Virus record (IMG/VR): IMGVR_UViG_3300015202_000004
Span: 129,980 to 193,979 of that record
DNA: 64,000 nt
Reading direction: 5' to 3' (one strand)
Origin: a virus
Positions 9,361-18,513 of this stretch are shown here, one piece after another (the first letter of the stretch is position 1; each line of letters begins with the position of its first letter). The translations under genes and the position numbers were made by a program. The notes under the pieces were generated by a model. The model ran no database searches. It was not told where the DNA came from and was given only the letters and a program-made list of their open reading frames with translations.

Positions 9361-9434
9361 TCCTGGTGGCGTGACTTGAACACGCGACCCCGAGCTTATA
9401 AAGCCCGCGCTCTAACCAACTGAGCTACACCAGG
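9361..9434 (-). tRNA. tRNA-Ile(UAU)
   Basis: CCTGGTG/CACCAGG acceptor; CGGGC-TT-TAT-AA-GCTCG; TTCAAGT T-loop; CCA not encoded. Confidence 0.9.
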
Positions 9435-9546
9435 ATGACTTTATTATTGTATCACTTTTTTTTATTTAAGTCAAGACCCATTTCGTTATATTTGCACCCT
9501 TGTTTACTCCTATATATAATTAATGCTTTAATATATAGGAGCTTAT

Positions 9547-9836
9547 ATGGGAATTAAATACACCAACCAAGAGTTCGTATCAGCAGTTGAAAATTCATTA
9601 ACAATCGCTGAAGTTTTACGTAAATTAGGTTTGAAACCAATGGGAACAAATTATAAAACTGTAAAAAATACAGTAATTAAATTAGGCTTAGATATTTCAC
9701 ATTATACTGGAAAATCACATGGGAAATCTCGCAGTTTAGGTCCGAAAAAATAGATTTAGAAAAAATTCTTGTTGAAAATAGTACTTACACTAGTTCTTCT
9801 TCTTTGCGAAAAAGATTGATTGATGGGAGTAACTGA
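9547..9836 (+). pseudogene. truncated, frameshifted HNH endonuclease
   Basis: KYT..EF..AV..S.TIAEVLRKLGL...LDISHYTG N-terminus; continues after an A6 run as IDLEKILVENSTYTSSSSLRKRLI, then ends with no HNH core. Confidence 0.65.
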
Positions 9837-10037
9837 CAATGCTATTCGCAAACACATCAAACAAAAAGCCCCACTTCGTTAGAAGCAGGGCTTGATTTAT
9901 ATTTTCTGACTACACTTAATCAGGCAATACAAATCCAAGCCCCGCCCGTTTAGACGAAGATGATATGGATTTCTTTGCTGAAGATAAAATGCTCATGTCT
10001 ATTATTATACTACACTTTCAGAAAAATAGCAATAGGA

Positions 10038-10790
10038 CTATGCTTTTACGGTGAAAATACTTGTTGGGAAGCTGGTTGCGTTGTAAGGCAAGAAAGCCAT
10101 ACCGCTATAGGCCCAAGTATCCGACCAGTTATTCATAACAATAAATGCGCCCTTACTGTTGTCCATGTTTACAAAATGGTCGAGGTAACCAATGATGGAA
10201 ACACAATGGCCTCCAGCAGATGTGGTTCCGGCGCTTTGCAATCTACCATCGTTGCCTGGGTTCATCCATTCGTTTTGCCAATCAATACCAATGACCAAAG
10301 GACCATGCTTGTATATAGCTGTACGCATTAAATTAACGTCAGGATTTACGGTAACGAAGTCCTGGAACAAGAAGTCCTTGTGCTTAATATTATCTTGAAC
10401 TGGACGTAGACATTCTTCGAATTTATCTGTCAAATAAGGCAAATCCTTATCATACACATAAAACTGCTTAACAATATTTAAGCCATCTGATACTTGTAAG
10501 CCGTCATCGGTCTTATCAGTTGGATAATATTCAGATTTAGCAACAGAGAAAATTCCGGTTGCTGAAATAAGGATATCATGACCCTTACGCTTACGGTAGA
10601 AGAATTCAAAAACTTTTTTAACACAGAAAGCAACACAGGTGCCGAAAGGGCCTTGGTCGTCAACGTGTGGGTAAACATAAAAATAATTAACGGATGGAGG
10701 CAACTTGGAAAGCATATTCAAATCAGGCATAAACTTTTCAAAAGTTTCATACAATGGGTCAACTAAACTTTTTAATCCAAATGATTTCAT
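10038..10790 (-). CDS. papain-like (C1) cysteine peptidase
   Basis: DQGPFGTCVAF (catalytic Cys), GGHCVSIIGY (His), MNNWSDTW. Confidence 0.85.
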   Translation of the reverse strand: MKSFGLKSLVDPLYETFEKFMPDLNMLSKLPPSVNYFYVYPHVDDQGPFGTCVAFCVKKVFEFFYRKRKGHDILISATGIFSVAKSEYYPTDKTDDGLQVSDGLNIVKQFYVYDKDLPYLTDKFEECLRPVQDNIKHKDFLFQDFVTVNPDVNLMRTAIYKHGPLVIGIDWQNEWMNPGNDGRLQSAGTTSAGGHCVSIIGYLDHFVNMDNSKGAFIVMNNWSDTWAYSGMAFLPYNATSFPTSIFTVKA

Positions 10791-10863
10791 TATTACTCCT
10801 AATAAATAAAAGAGAAGCAGTTTTTAACTACTCCTCTCTTTATATTAGTACTTAATTTTGATA

Positions 10864-11289
10864 TTAGAACAAACGTGTGGTGACTGAAGCGCCAACGTAC
10901 TTATTGGTACGGCTCTGACCTGGAAGGTCAAGATTCATATTCAAAGATGTACCCGTTTCAACAGTAGCAGAAGTTACTCGGCTAAGGTGCAAGGTTGCGC
11001 CAAGGTCATAAGAATTGGCCGAATAAGCAAGTGCCGGAACACGAATGCTTGTAGAACGGTTCAAATCTGATTCTGCGTAGTCCGCATATACAGAGATATG
11101 CTTGCCAAGGTCGCTAGAAATACGAGCGGAACCTTGAAGTACGTTCGTTTGATTACGAACTAAATTAGCAGTAGATAAATAGCCTGCTGTTACATCAAGA
11201 TGCACAACGGGCTTATCGGCTGCTTTTGCTGGGGTTGAGATTGCAACTACGGCTAAAGCCGCAACTACGATTAATGCCTTGATATTCAT
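10864..11289 (-). CDS. secreted outer-membrane beta-barrel-like protein
   Basis: Signal peptide ending AKA-A, alternating beta-strand pattern, C-terminal Phe (YVGASVTTRLF). Confidence 0.55.
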   Translation of the reverse strand: MNIKALIVVAALAVVAISTPAKAADKPVVHLDVTAGYLSTANLVRNQTNVLQGSARISSDLGKHISVYADYAESDLNRSTSIRVPALAYSANSYDLGATLHLSRVTSATVETGTSLNMNLDLPGQSRTNKYVGASVTTRLF

Positions 11290-11419
11290 ATAAAAATTTT
11301 ACTCCTATTTTTATTGGTATTTAAATGTTGCGGCCATACGTTAGGTGCAGGCCGTAACCTTACATCTAACAGTATAGCACACTCTGGGTTATTTTGTCAA
11401 CCTAGATTGAGGTAATTAA

Positions 11420-13156
11420 TTATCGGGTCAAAACCGGATACAATTCCGCAATTTTTTTGACCGCACTACGCGGGTCGCCTTCGTATGAAGCCATTAGGTC
11501 AAAGATTTTCTCCGACCAGCCACCGATTTGTGCTACACGAGATTCACGGTCAAAGTTTGACGTGTTACCGCCAGTTAGATTGATTTCGTATAGGTAAGGT
11601 GTAGTTTCGCCGTTGGTTGTGCCCTGAACCCACGTTGCATACTTCTTCCATAGCTCGTTCAAGGACTGGCCGTAACCGTAAGAATTGTAGCATTGTGTGT
11701 CCGTGAAATACATAACACGGTTGGTGACAATTCTGTTATTGATTAGATAATCAAGGATTGTCCACGCATTGGTTGACATACCAACCTTGCCAACAAGGTT
11801 GCCAATTGCATTTGCGGTATCAAGAATGTTTGCTGACGGGGTTACCGTATCAAACGTTGTACCGAATGCCGAAGCAATACCATCTTCAGATAGATGACTT
11901 GCCATTGCTGCCATTACAGTAGCAATTTCTTTCATCGTAACTGATGACTTGTCGTTTAGACGCGAGTCCATAGAACCCGAAACGTCTGCCGCGACAAGGG
12001 TACGACCTGTGAATTTTGGAATATTCGAAACCGAGTGGTTAAGAGCAATACTAAGCGCTTGACGTAGTAGAGCCTTTGAATCACCCTTTGCAGGCTGATT
12101 CCACTTCGCGAACATGTCGCGATTCGAGTCCGCATAACTGTAGTATCGTAACGCATACTCTTCGCCCTCGATTGCCTTCATTGCTGAAAGGAATCGGAAT
12201 GGAAGTTGCTTCGACTTCAATACTTCTTCTTTGCTCGTCAACTTCGTAACAACGTCATCCATTGAAATGTCGTTCTTCAAAAAGTTGTTCAAGTTACGAA
12301 GTACGGCCATGTAACCCATGTTAGGTAGTACATACGACCAAGTTTCCTCGGTTGAACCAAACTTCGATATAACAGTTTCCCACGTTGCGTTTGACTCGCG
12401 AACCAATTCCTTTGCTTTCGCATCGAACTTAGTCATCTTCATCAAGGCATCACGAGCCGCCGTCATTGGAAGCAATGACTTGAAAGCAAGGTTGGTCAAT
12501 GGGGCACGGTGACCCGATTCAACAATTACACCCTCTTCAGCAACGCCGCGAAGAATATAGTTGAATAGAGCAGCCTGAACCGCATCCTTCGGCTTTGGGT
12601 GAACCAAACGAAGAACGTCCTTTAGCTTGACCTTTTTGTTGTCCTGGTCGTACTTAACCATGCTGTACTCATTGAATTTGTTGAAAGCAATTTCAAGAGA
12701 CGAACGCAAATTCATTGGTAGCTTATGGTTGCCCTTATTGACATGTAGCCAATAAGCAACTGCTTCGGTGATTTCGTCTGGACGACCGAAAACCTTAGAA
12801 GCCATAAGAGTAACGTCAATAGGATATGCTGCGCTCTTCGATTTGTTCGCATGCATCGCACGGATGCCTTCTACGAATAGAATCATCGGGATGCTACGAA
12901 GGTGCATTTCATTACGCAAGTATGCAGCAAGTTGGAATACAAACGCCGGGTCCTGCTTCGCGATTTTGTTTACAAGCGTGACAATATTAGTGTATTCCGC
13001 GTTAGCAGATACATAAAACTTATCACCCGCTCCGCCGCCAAGTGACGTGGATGCAGTAACGTAAAGCGCTGTTTTGTCATCAAGCGTATAAGCGTTGCCG
13101 CCTGCAAGATTGACCGTGCGTGAGGTATCGACGGCGTTGGTATTAAACTTTGACAT
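11420..13156 (-). CDS. TROVE-domain RNA-binding protein (Ro60/Rsr family) with vWA domain
   Basis: NLAGGNAY, KFY, LAAYLRNEMHLRS, RPDE, LKDVLRLVHPKP, TWE, YMAVLRNLNN, QLPFRFLSA, vWA MIDAS DVSGSM...TD, GWSEKIF. Confidence 0.93.
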   Translation of the reverse strand: MSKFNTNAVDTSRTVNLAGGNAYTLDDKTALYVTASTSLGGGAGDKFYVSANAEYTNIVTLVNKIAKQDPAFVFQLAAYLRNEMHLRSIPMILFVEGIRAMHANKSKSAAYPIDVTLMASKVFGRPDEITEAVAYWLHVNKGNHKLPMNLRSSLEIAFNKFNEYSMVKYDQDNKKVKLKDVLRLVHPKPKDAVQAALFNYILRGVAEEGVIVESGHRAPLTNLAFKSLLPMTAARDALMKMTKFDAKAKELVRESNATWETVISKFGSTEETWSYVLPNMGYMAVLRNLNNFLKNDISMDDVVTKLTSKEEVLKSKQLPFRFLSAMKAIEGEEYALRYYSYADSNRDMFAKWNQPAKGDSKALLRQALSIALNHSVSNIPKFTGRTLVAADVSGSMDSRLNDKSSVTMKEIATVMAAMASHLSEDGIASAFGTTFDTVTPSANILDTANAIGNLVGKVGMSTNAWTILDYLINNRIVTNRVMYFTDTQCYNSYGYGQSLNELWKKYATWVQGTTNGETTPYLYEINLTGGNTSNFDRESRVAQIGGWSEKIFDLMASYEGDPRSAVKKIAELYPVLTR

Positions 13157-13214
13157 TTTATTTCTCTCTCTTCTTTCGTTCTTTCTAGTTCCAGCCTCTA
13201 GTGGGCAAGAATTT

Positions 13215-13244
13215 ATTATATAACAGTTTGTAGGTTCCTGTCAA
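13215..13244 (-). promoter_or_regulatory. sigma70-like promoter of the TROVE gene
   Basis: TTGACA...TATAAT on the minus strand, just downstream of the Y-RNA array terminator. Confidence 0.7.
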
Positions 13245-13254
13245 CCTTTTGGGC

Positions 13255-13284
13255 AAAATAAAAAGCCTGGTGTTTCACCAAGCT
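13255..13284 (-). terminator. intrinsic terminator closing the Y-RNA array
   Basis: AGCTTGGTG-AAA-CACCAGGCT followed by TTTTATTTTG. Confidence 0.75.
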
Positions 13285-13301
13285 CGAAACGTTAATGATT
13301 C

Positions 13302-13453
13302 AATAAAATCTTAAGAGAAGGAGCGAATACAGTATTTTTCGGTGCTACCCTTACACTACATCGGCACATTTGGAACCGACGCCGGGAATCGAACCACGGA
13401 CTCGTTCTTGGATATAGAAGTAACTGGAATTCTATGCAACTTAAGACTTTATT
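13302..13453 (-). ncRNA. Y RNA-like ncRNA 1 (YrlA-type tRNA mimic)
   Basis: Terminal stem; GTTGCA..CAGTTACTTC; T-arm CCGTGGTTCGATTCCCGG, closed acceptor CGTCGGT/GCCGATG, D-arm GTGTAAGGGTAGCAC; 3' ACTG..GC..CTTCTC. Confidence 0.85.
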
Positions 13454-13465
13454 CAATTTTTAAAG

Positions 13466-13611
13466 TTTCGAGAGTAAAAGCGATAACAGTTTAAGTATTT
13501 CTACTGTTAGTTAGTCTTTCGATTAACCCTGCTAGGGTTTGAACCTAGCTCGCAAGTCCTTTTGAAGGATTTGTTTCATTCGAAGTAACTGTTTATCTGT
13601 GCAACTCGAAA
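13466..13611 (-). ncRNA. Y RNA-like ncRNA 2 (divergent tRNA module)
   Basis: TTTCGAG/CTCGAAA stem; GTTGCACAG..CAGTTACTTC; T-arm CTAGGTTCAAACCCTAG; degenerate acceptor and D arm. Confidence 0.75.
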
Positions 13612-13622
13612 TTATTTTTATA

Positions 13623-13754
13623 GACTAAGGAGAAGAAGCAATCTCAGAGATTTTACGTGCTACCACTACACTACGTATCCGAGGATACGCCGGGATTCGA
13701 ACCCGGCCTGGTCTTGTTATATAAGAAGTAACTGAAATTTGTGCAACCTTAGTT
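13623..13754 (-). ncRNA. Y RNA-like ncRNA 3 (YrlA-type tRNA mimic)
   Basis: ACTAAGG/CCTTAGT stem; T-arm CCGGGTTCGAATCCCGG, acceptor CGTATCC/GGATACG, D-arm GTGTAGTGGTAGCAC. Confidence 0.88.
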
Positions 13755-13763
13755 GATTTTTTA

Positions 13764-13909
13764 GTTTAGTGAGAAGAAGCGCTTACGGTCTTTTTGAGAC
13801 TCCTGCTCTACCACTGAGCTATTCAGGCATATGTTGCCCGAAGCGGGATTCGAACACCGCGACCATGAGTGTGTTAATGAAGTATCCGATAAACTGTGCA
13901 ACACCAAAC
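13764..13909 (-). ncRNA. Y RNA-like ncRNA 4 (YrlA-type tRNA mimic)
   Basis: GTTTGGTG/CACTAAAC stem; T-arm GCGGTGTTCGAATCCCGC, acceptor TTCGGGC/GCCTGAA, D-arm GCTCAGTGGTAGAGC. Confidence 0.88.
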
Positions 13910-13933
13910 GTGTTTTTAAACTTTTCCAAAGAA

Positions 13934-14000
13934 CTTGGGAGAAGAAGGCGCGGGCGGAGTTTTTCTTAACATGAAGTATCCGAACGCTGTGCAACCCAAG
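13934..14000 (-). ncRNA. minimal Y RNA-like ncRNA 5 (conserved stem only)
   Basis: CTTGGG/CCCAAG stem with the same GTTGCACAG..CGGATACTTC..GCCTTCTTCTC motifs, but no tRNA module. Confidence 0.75.
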
Positions 14001-14106
14001 GACTTTGTTTAGTTATACATTTTATTCTAGTACAAAGCGCTGAGTTTGCCAACGCTTTTGTAAAGGATTAGCAAACTTTGTTTATTCGCTTGCTTAACTT
14101 TTTCGT

Positions 14107-14135
14107 AGTATATCACATGAAGGGCAACAAGTCAA
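14107..14135 (-). promoter_or_regulatory. sigma70-like promoter of the Y-RNA array
   Basis: TTGACT-N17-TATACT with extended TG. Confidence 0.75.
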
Positions 14136-14140
14136 GGACC

Positions 14141-14395
14141 TTAATACCAACTTTGATTAGAAATTTTTGTCAAAGTCGGTTCACTAGTCGAAATGACTAC
14201 CCTATTATACTCCAGAGGCAGAACTGAATAATTATTGCATACGTCAACTTCTATCATTATAAGCACGTCAAAATTATTAGTTTCTGGCATCTGAATGATG
14301 TTCCCTTGGCAATGAGCGCCACCGTAAATGAAATCTACACGGTCGCCCAGAAAATAAACGCCAGAGGAAGCTTGGTTAAAGGTATCGTAGTGCAT
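14141..14395 (-). CDS. hypothetical protein
   Basis: 84-aa ORF; TATAAT immediately upstream suggests a leaderless start. Confidence 0.45.
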   Translation of the reverse strand: MHYDTFNQASSGVYFLGDRVDFIYGGAHCQGNIIQMPETNNFDVLIMIEVDVCNNYSVLPLEYNRVVISTSEPTLTKISNQSWY

Positions 14396-14685
14396 AATTA
14401 TACCAATCTAAAACAAAAGTCTTTTGTAAAGATATTATGCAAAATATACGATTATGTCTCTACCAAAGTTTTGGAATATTGTTTTTTTCACAATATTTAA
14501 TGATAAGCATCAGTTTTAATTCTTGTCGAGTGCCTTTAAAAGGCATATGAGGTGTTATATTGTTATCATTAAATTCAGTGCCGCTATGAGCATCTTCTAT
14601 ATGACCTAACCAATAGTACTTTTCTGGTTTTCCATTTACGTAAAGACGATACAGGCTAGAATTCTTTTGAAGTTTAAAACTAAAT

Positions 14686-16134
14686 TTAGGTATTGACTTT
14701 TCTGAGTAATCCGTCCGCAACTAAAATCCCCTGAATTGCCGCTTGGTTAAGTCCTCTTGTCCAACCTGAACCGTCGCCTGCAACATATAAATTGTCTACA
14801 ATCGTCATGCTATCGCTGTCAATAGCAACCTTATTACTAAAGAACTTCGCTTCAAGAGCATACATCAAAGTGTAATCCGAGGCAATACCTGGTAAAACAT
14901 TATCCATCGCCTGAAGCATTTCATCAATTGCATACATTTGGCGATATGGAAGGGCCAAAGCAATGTCGCCTGCCACTGCTGAAGAAAGCGATGGGACTAA
15001 TGCACCTTCAGTAATTCGCTTATCGGTACTACGACGACCAGATTTAAAATCGCCATACCGTTGCACAAGAACATTACCACCGGATAACATGTTCGCCATT
15101 TTCGCGAACCCTTCGGCATACCCGTGAGGGTCATTGAAAGGTTCACTAAACGTCTTCGTAACCAAAAGGGCAAAATTGGTGTTCTCAGATTTTTTATCAG
15201 CATATGAATGTCCATTTACCAGTTTAATTCCTGTATCACGATATTCTTCAACCGCGACATAGCCACTATCGCACCAGCAAAATGTTCTCACTTTATCATC
15301 AAACTTAGGTGAACGATAAAGCATTTTAGGCTCGTAAATACCATTCTTCAGAAGCTTTTTGGTAATGACGTTAGGGACTTCTACTCGGACGCCAATATCA
15401 ACTCCATTATTTAGCAACGGAATATTAAAGCTACTCATTGCCTTTCGGAAGAAATGACCACCACTTCTACCAATTGATACTAAAACGTTTTGTGCGGTAT
15501 ACCTGTTGTTGTGAGAGTTGTTGTGCCCATCATCTGCATCAAAATCAGTTCCCAAAATGGTTCGAATATTAAAAGTATCATCAGTATTTTTATCAATAAA
15601 TTCAACTTCTGCATTCAAAACAATCTCAACGCCATTGTCAACAAGATACTTGTACATGATATTCGTTGAGTCCAACATGTTGTCCGTACCTAAGTGACGA
15701 ATGTTATATGTTTCAAGCTCCATGTGGTTGGCTAAGGCCAAAGCTCTCATGTTCAAAGCTTCATCGCCAGGAACAAACATTCGCGATTCAACATCGGCCC
15801 GATGATTTAATGCTTGGCGAATCTTACGCTGTTCTTCCGTGGGCGAATAATCAAGCCACATCTGGTCTTGTTCTTCTAACAATTCTTGGTAACGAGCAAG
15901 CCCGGTTTTTTCATAAATGGTGCCGCCGACCTTGTGAGTCATGTTGACTTTACCGTCGCTATGTGCGCCTGCACCAGCGAAACCTTCGGTCAAGCTATCA
16001 TCTTTACCACCAGAGCGAAGTTCGCCTTTATCCAAGATAATGATGTTTTTGTAGCCATTTCTAACAAGCTTTAACGCGCAAAATAAACCAGAAGGACCAG
16101 CGCCTACAATGGCTAAATCATATACTTTTGACAT
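14686..16134 (-). CDS. NAD(P)/FAD-dependent oxidoreductase
   Basis: IVGAGPSG Rossmann motif, GFAGAGAHSDGK, RHLGTD, DIGVRVE, RTFC, VNGHS, NFALLV, YVAGDGSG. Confidence 0.9.
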   Translation of the reverse strand: MSKVYDLAIVGAGPSGLFCALKLVRNGYKNIIILDKGELRSGGKDDSLTEGFAGAGAHSDGKVNMTHKVGGTIYEKTGLARYQELLEEQDQMWLDYSPTEEQRKIRQALNHRADVESRMFVPGDEALNMRALALANHMELETYNIRHLGTDNMLDSTNIMYKYLVDNGVEIVLNAEVEFIDKNTDDTFNIRTILGTDFDADDGHNNSHNNRYTAQNVLVSIGRSGGHFFRKAMSSFNIPLLNNGVDIGVRVEVPNVITKKLLKNGIYEPKMLYRSPKFDDKVRTFCWCDSGYVAVEEYRDTGIKLVNGHSYADKKSENTNFALLVTKTFSEPFNDPHGYAEGFAKMANMLSGGNVLVQRYGDFKSGRRSTDKRITEGALVPSLSSAVAGDIALALPYRQMYAIDEMLQAMDNVLPGIASDYTLMYALEAKFFSNKVAIDSDSMTIVDNLYVAGDGSGWTRGLNQAAIQGILVADGLLRKVNT

Positions 16135-16490
16135 TATTTTTCTTCACTCTGCAATTTCTGAAATAGGTCGAAAATGCCTTTTTCATACGTCCAGTCGGTT
16201 GAATTAAATATATAATATTGAACCACTGAAATGCCAAGGCGTACTGCTGCATCGGAATGATGCTGACCGTTAATAAGCCAATAAGAACCATCAGGACGCA
16301 TGGCTACAATGCCGCTATTGTAATCTTCTTTATCCCAATGCTTCATGTGGTGTAGAACTTTGTCTTCAATTCGGTTACGCTGATAGTTTTGATGGTCGTT
16401 ATTTAAAATATTGGGGTCAATAGTGATTCTTCTTACGTTATGCACTCCAATATTTAAAGCTTTTGCATAGTAATCGCTTAAATCTTTCAT
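16134..16490 (-). CDS. ParB/Srx-like (DUF6551-like) protein
   Basis: NYQR...VAMRPDGSYWLINGQH. Confidence 0.55.
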   Translation of the reverse strand: MKDLSDYYAKALNIGVHNVRRITIDPNILNNDHQNYQRNRIEDKVLHHMKHWDKEDYNSGIVAMRPDGSYWLINGQHHSDAAVRLGISVVQYYIFNSTDWTYEKGIFDLFQKLQSEEK

Positions 16491-17304
16491 TAATTTCCTA
16501 ATAATTCTTTCTGAATCTTAATCAACAAGTTTTCAATTTGTTGAAATGGCGGGTCTTGTGGTAAGGTTGTCACAAGCATGGCTGCATTGAATCGCTTCAA
16601 TTCTTCGGCCAATACCCCACTTACAAACGTGTCCTTACCGTCTTCGTCTTTGCCCATGACAACTAATTCTTCTAGCTTGTATTTGCCGTTTTTTACATCT
16701 AGCAAGAATTCACGGTCAGGGCGATATACTTCAAGGTTGCCTGTCTCAAGCACTTCGATAGCCATACGATAGATACGAAGGGAATGAGAAATAAATTTTG
16801 TATCGTAGCCAAACTTTTCGATAAGGTTTACTCGACCCGTTTTATTCTTTATTTTGGTAAAAGCAGTTTTGACTTGCTGGAATGCGTAGCCGCCGCAAGT
16901 ATAGCCAATGCGCTTGGAAAGAAACAATTCTTTATTGTCAAGCACTTGTTGAAAGACAGGATGAACAAATTTAACAGTTCGCTTTGGCATCCAAAGCATT
17001 TCCATCGCATGAACATTGTTCTTGAGGGCCAATGTAAACAATTTCGCTAAACTGTAATAACAAATATCTTTACTTTGGTTCTCAATTTGCTCGCAACGGC
17101 CTAACCCAAGTAAATATCTTTCCGGTGAAAAAAAAAAACTCCCCTGATATCTGTGTCACTTGCGGGTGTATCAAGGCCATATGCTTTTGAGCCAGAAATA
17201 ACTGAATATAGACAATTTTTTTCTACGTCAAAGGGTGGTGAATTTAAATCAAAAAATTCAGATTCACTTAATTCTCCAAGGCTTGGCTTGGTTGTATAAT
17301 CCAT
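16490..17304 (-). CDS. RlaP/YcgL-like Pol-beta nucleotidyltransferase, frameshifted at a T11 run
   Basis: N-part GSKAYGLDTPASDTDIRGVF; a shift at 17128-17138 continues as SPERYLLGL...LALKNNVHAMEMLW...GGYA..Q...GYDTKFISHSLR. Confidence 0.8.
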
Positions 17305-18068
17305 TTATAAATTCTTTCTATATGGTGTAACCAATCGTCGTGATTCATTGCCATTTTTGACTTGTTACAACAATAGCAGGAAGAAACGCAATTGTCAAGT
17401 GTATAACCAATAGAATTGTTTTTACGGTCTATTCCGTTATAAAAATATTCCGAACCTGTTTTTGTCACTATTTTATTAGATGGCAACATACCACAATAAT
17501 AACAATTATTTTTAACAAGCTTTTTCATTATTTCATCTGAAAGTTTAAATTCTAAATTACGTTTTTTAGCATTGTAAAGGTAATCTTTTTTTAATCTATT
17601 AAAACCCATTTGTTCTCTATCAGGGTTTGCTCTTATACAACCGCAACCAAATACGCCGTTGTTAGTGACACCGTTTAACCTCTTGTTTTCAATTTTGCCA
17701 CAAATACATTGCACATCGGCCATGACTGTTCTTTTTGAATGACTATGATTTTCGATAGGCATATAGCCAGTTAGTTTTAAAACTGTCCAGTTTTTATAAA
17801 CCTTACCAACATGCCTTAAACTTCTCCAACTAAAAATATCATTACGCTCAAAACTACCAAGCATTGAAGTGTAATGATTTTTATCTTTTGCATAAGCCAA
17901 ACGTTTTTTTTCTTTAATTCCTTCGTTATTTTTTTCTCTGTATTTATTTTGACGTTTTAACGTACACATTTTGCATTCGTGCATTAATTTATTTTTGGAT
18001 TTGCTAAAATAAAATTCACTTGAATTTTTTTCGATTTTACATGTACTACATATTTTCATATTGCACAT
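17268..18068 (-). CDS. free-standing HNH homing endonuclease-like protein
   Basis: CYYCG...YNGIDRKNNSIGYTLDNCVSSC..CNKSK; very AT-rich. Confidence 0.8.
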   Translation of the reverse strand: MCNMKICSTCKIEKNSSEFYFSKSKNKLMHECKMCTLKRQNKYREKNNEGIKEKKRLAYAKDKNHYTSMLGSFERNDIFSWRSLRHVGKVYKNWTVLKLTGYMPIENHSHSKRTVMADVQCICGKIENKRLNGVTNNGVFGCGCIRANPDREQMGFNRLKKDYLYNAKKRNLEFKLSDEIMKKLVKNNCYYCGMLPSNKIVTKTGSEYFYNGIDRKNNSIGYTLDNCVSSCYCCNKSKMAMNHDDWLHHIERIYKWIIQPSQALEN

Positions 18069-18513
18069 CCTTTCTTAAGGATATATGCAATTAAACCGAA
18101 AATATATTTATAAAATATGTAATTTTTTACACGTTTAATTATCTTATCGGATTAGCCACGTTTTTCTTTTTCTCTTCTTAGTCTAACAGACTCTTTGCCC
18201 GTCAAATAGCAATCTACACAGCTATTATTTAGGGGCAGATTCTTAGGCAGATTAACTAAAGCAGCCCTTTCTTCATCAGAAATGGGCCACTTTCCTCTAC
18301 CTTCGCAAATCGTACACTTATCCATAAAATTCTTCTTTCACTATAACATATTTAGGCAAATCAGTCAAATCCGTGGGGTTGCCCAGAACTCCATGATACC
18401 ATATTTTGTATAAGACGAATGTCAAAAAGCTAAAGTTATTTTGAATTTGTTCAACCCATGTTAGCTTTAAACAATAAATACCGTCTTTAATTTCGTACTC
18501 ACTCAAAGGCTTA

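Noticed and set aside
9916-9996. Histone H2A-like motif (SSKRAGLGF)
   Set aside because: Too short and low in complexity; no histone fold follows
13302-14000. CRISPR array or ordinary tRNA cluster
   Set aside because: Repeats are short, degenerate and bipartite with structured interiors; the tRNA arms are in permuted order with no anticodon; no cas genes are present
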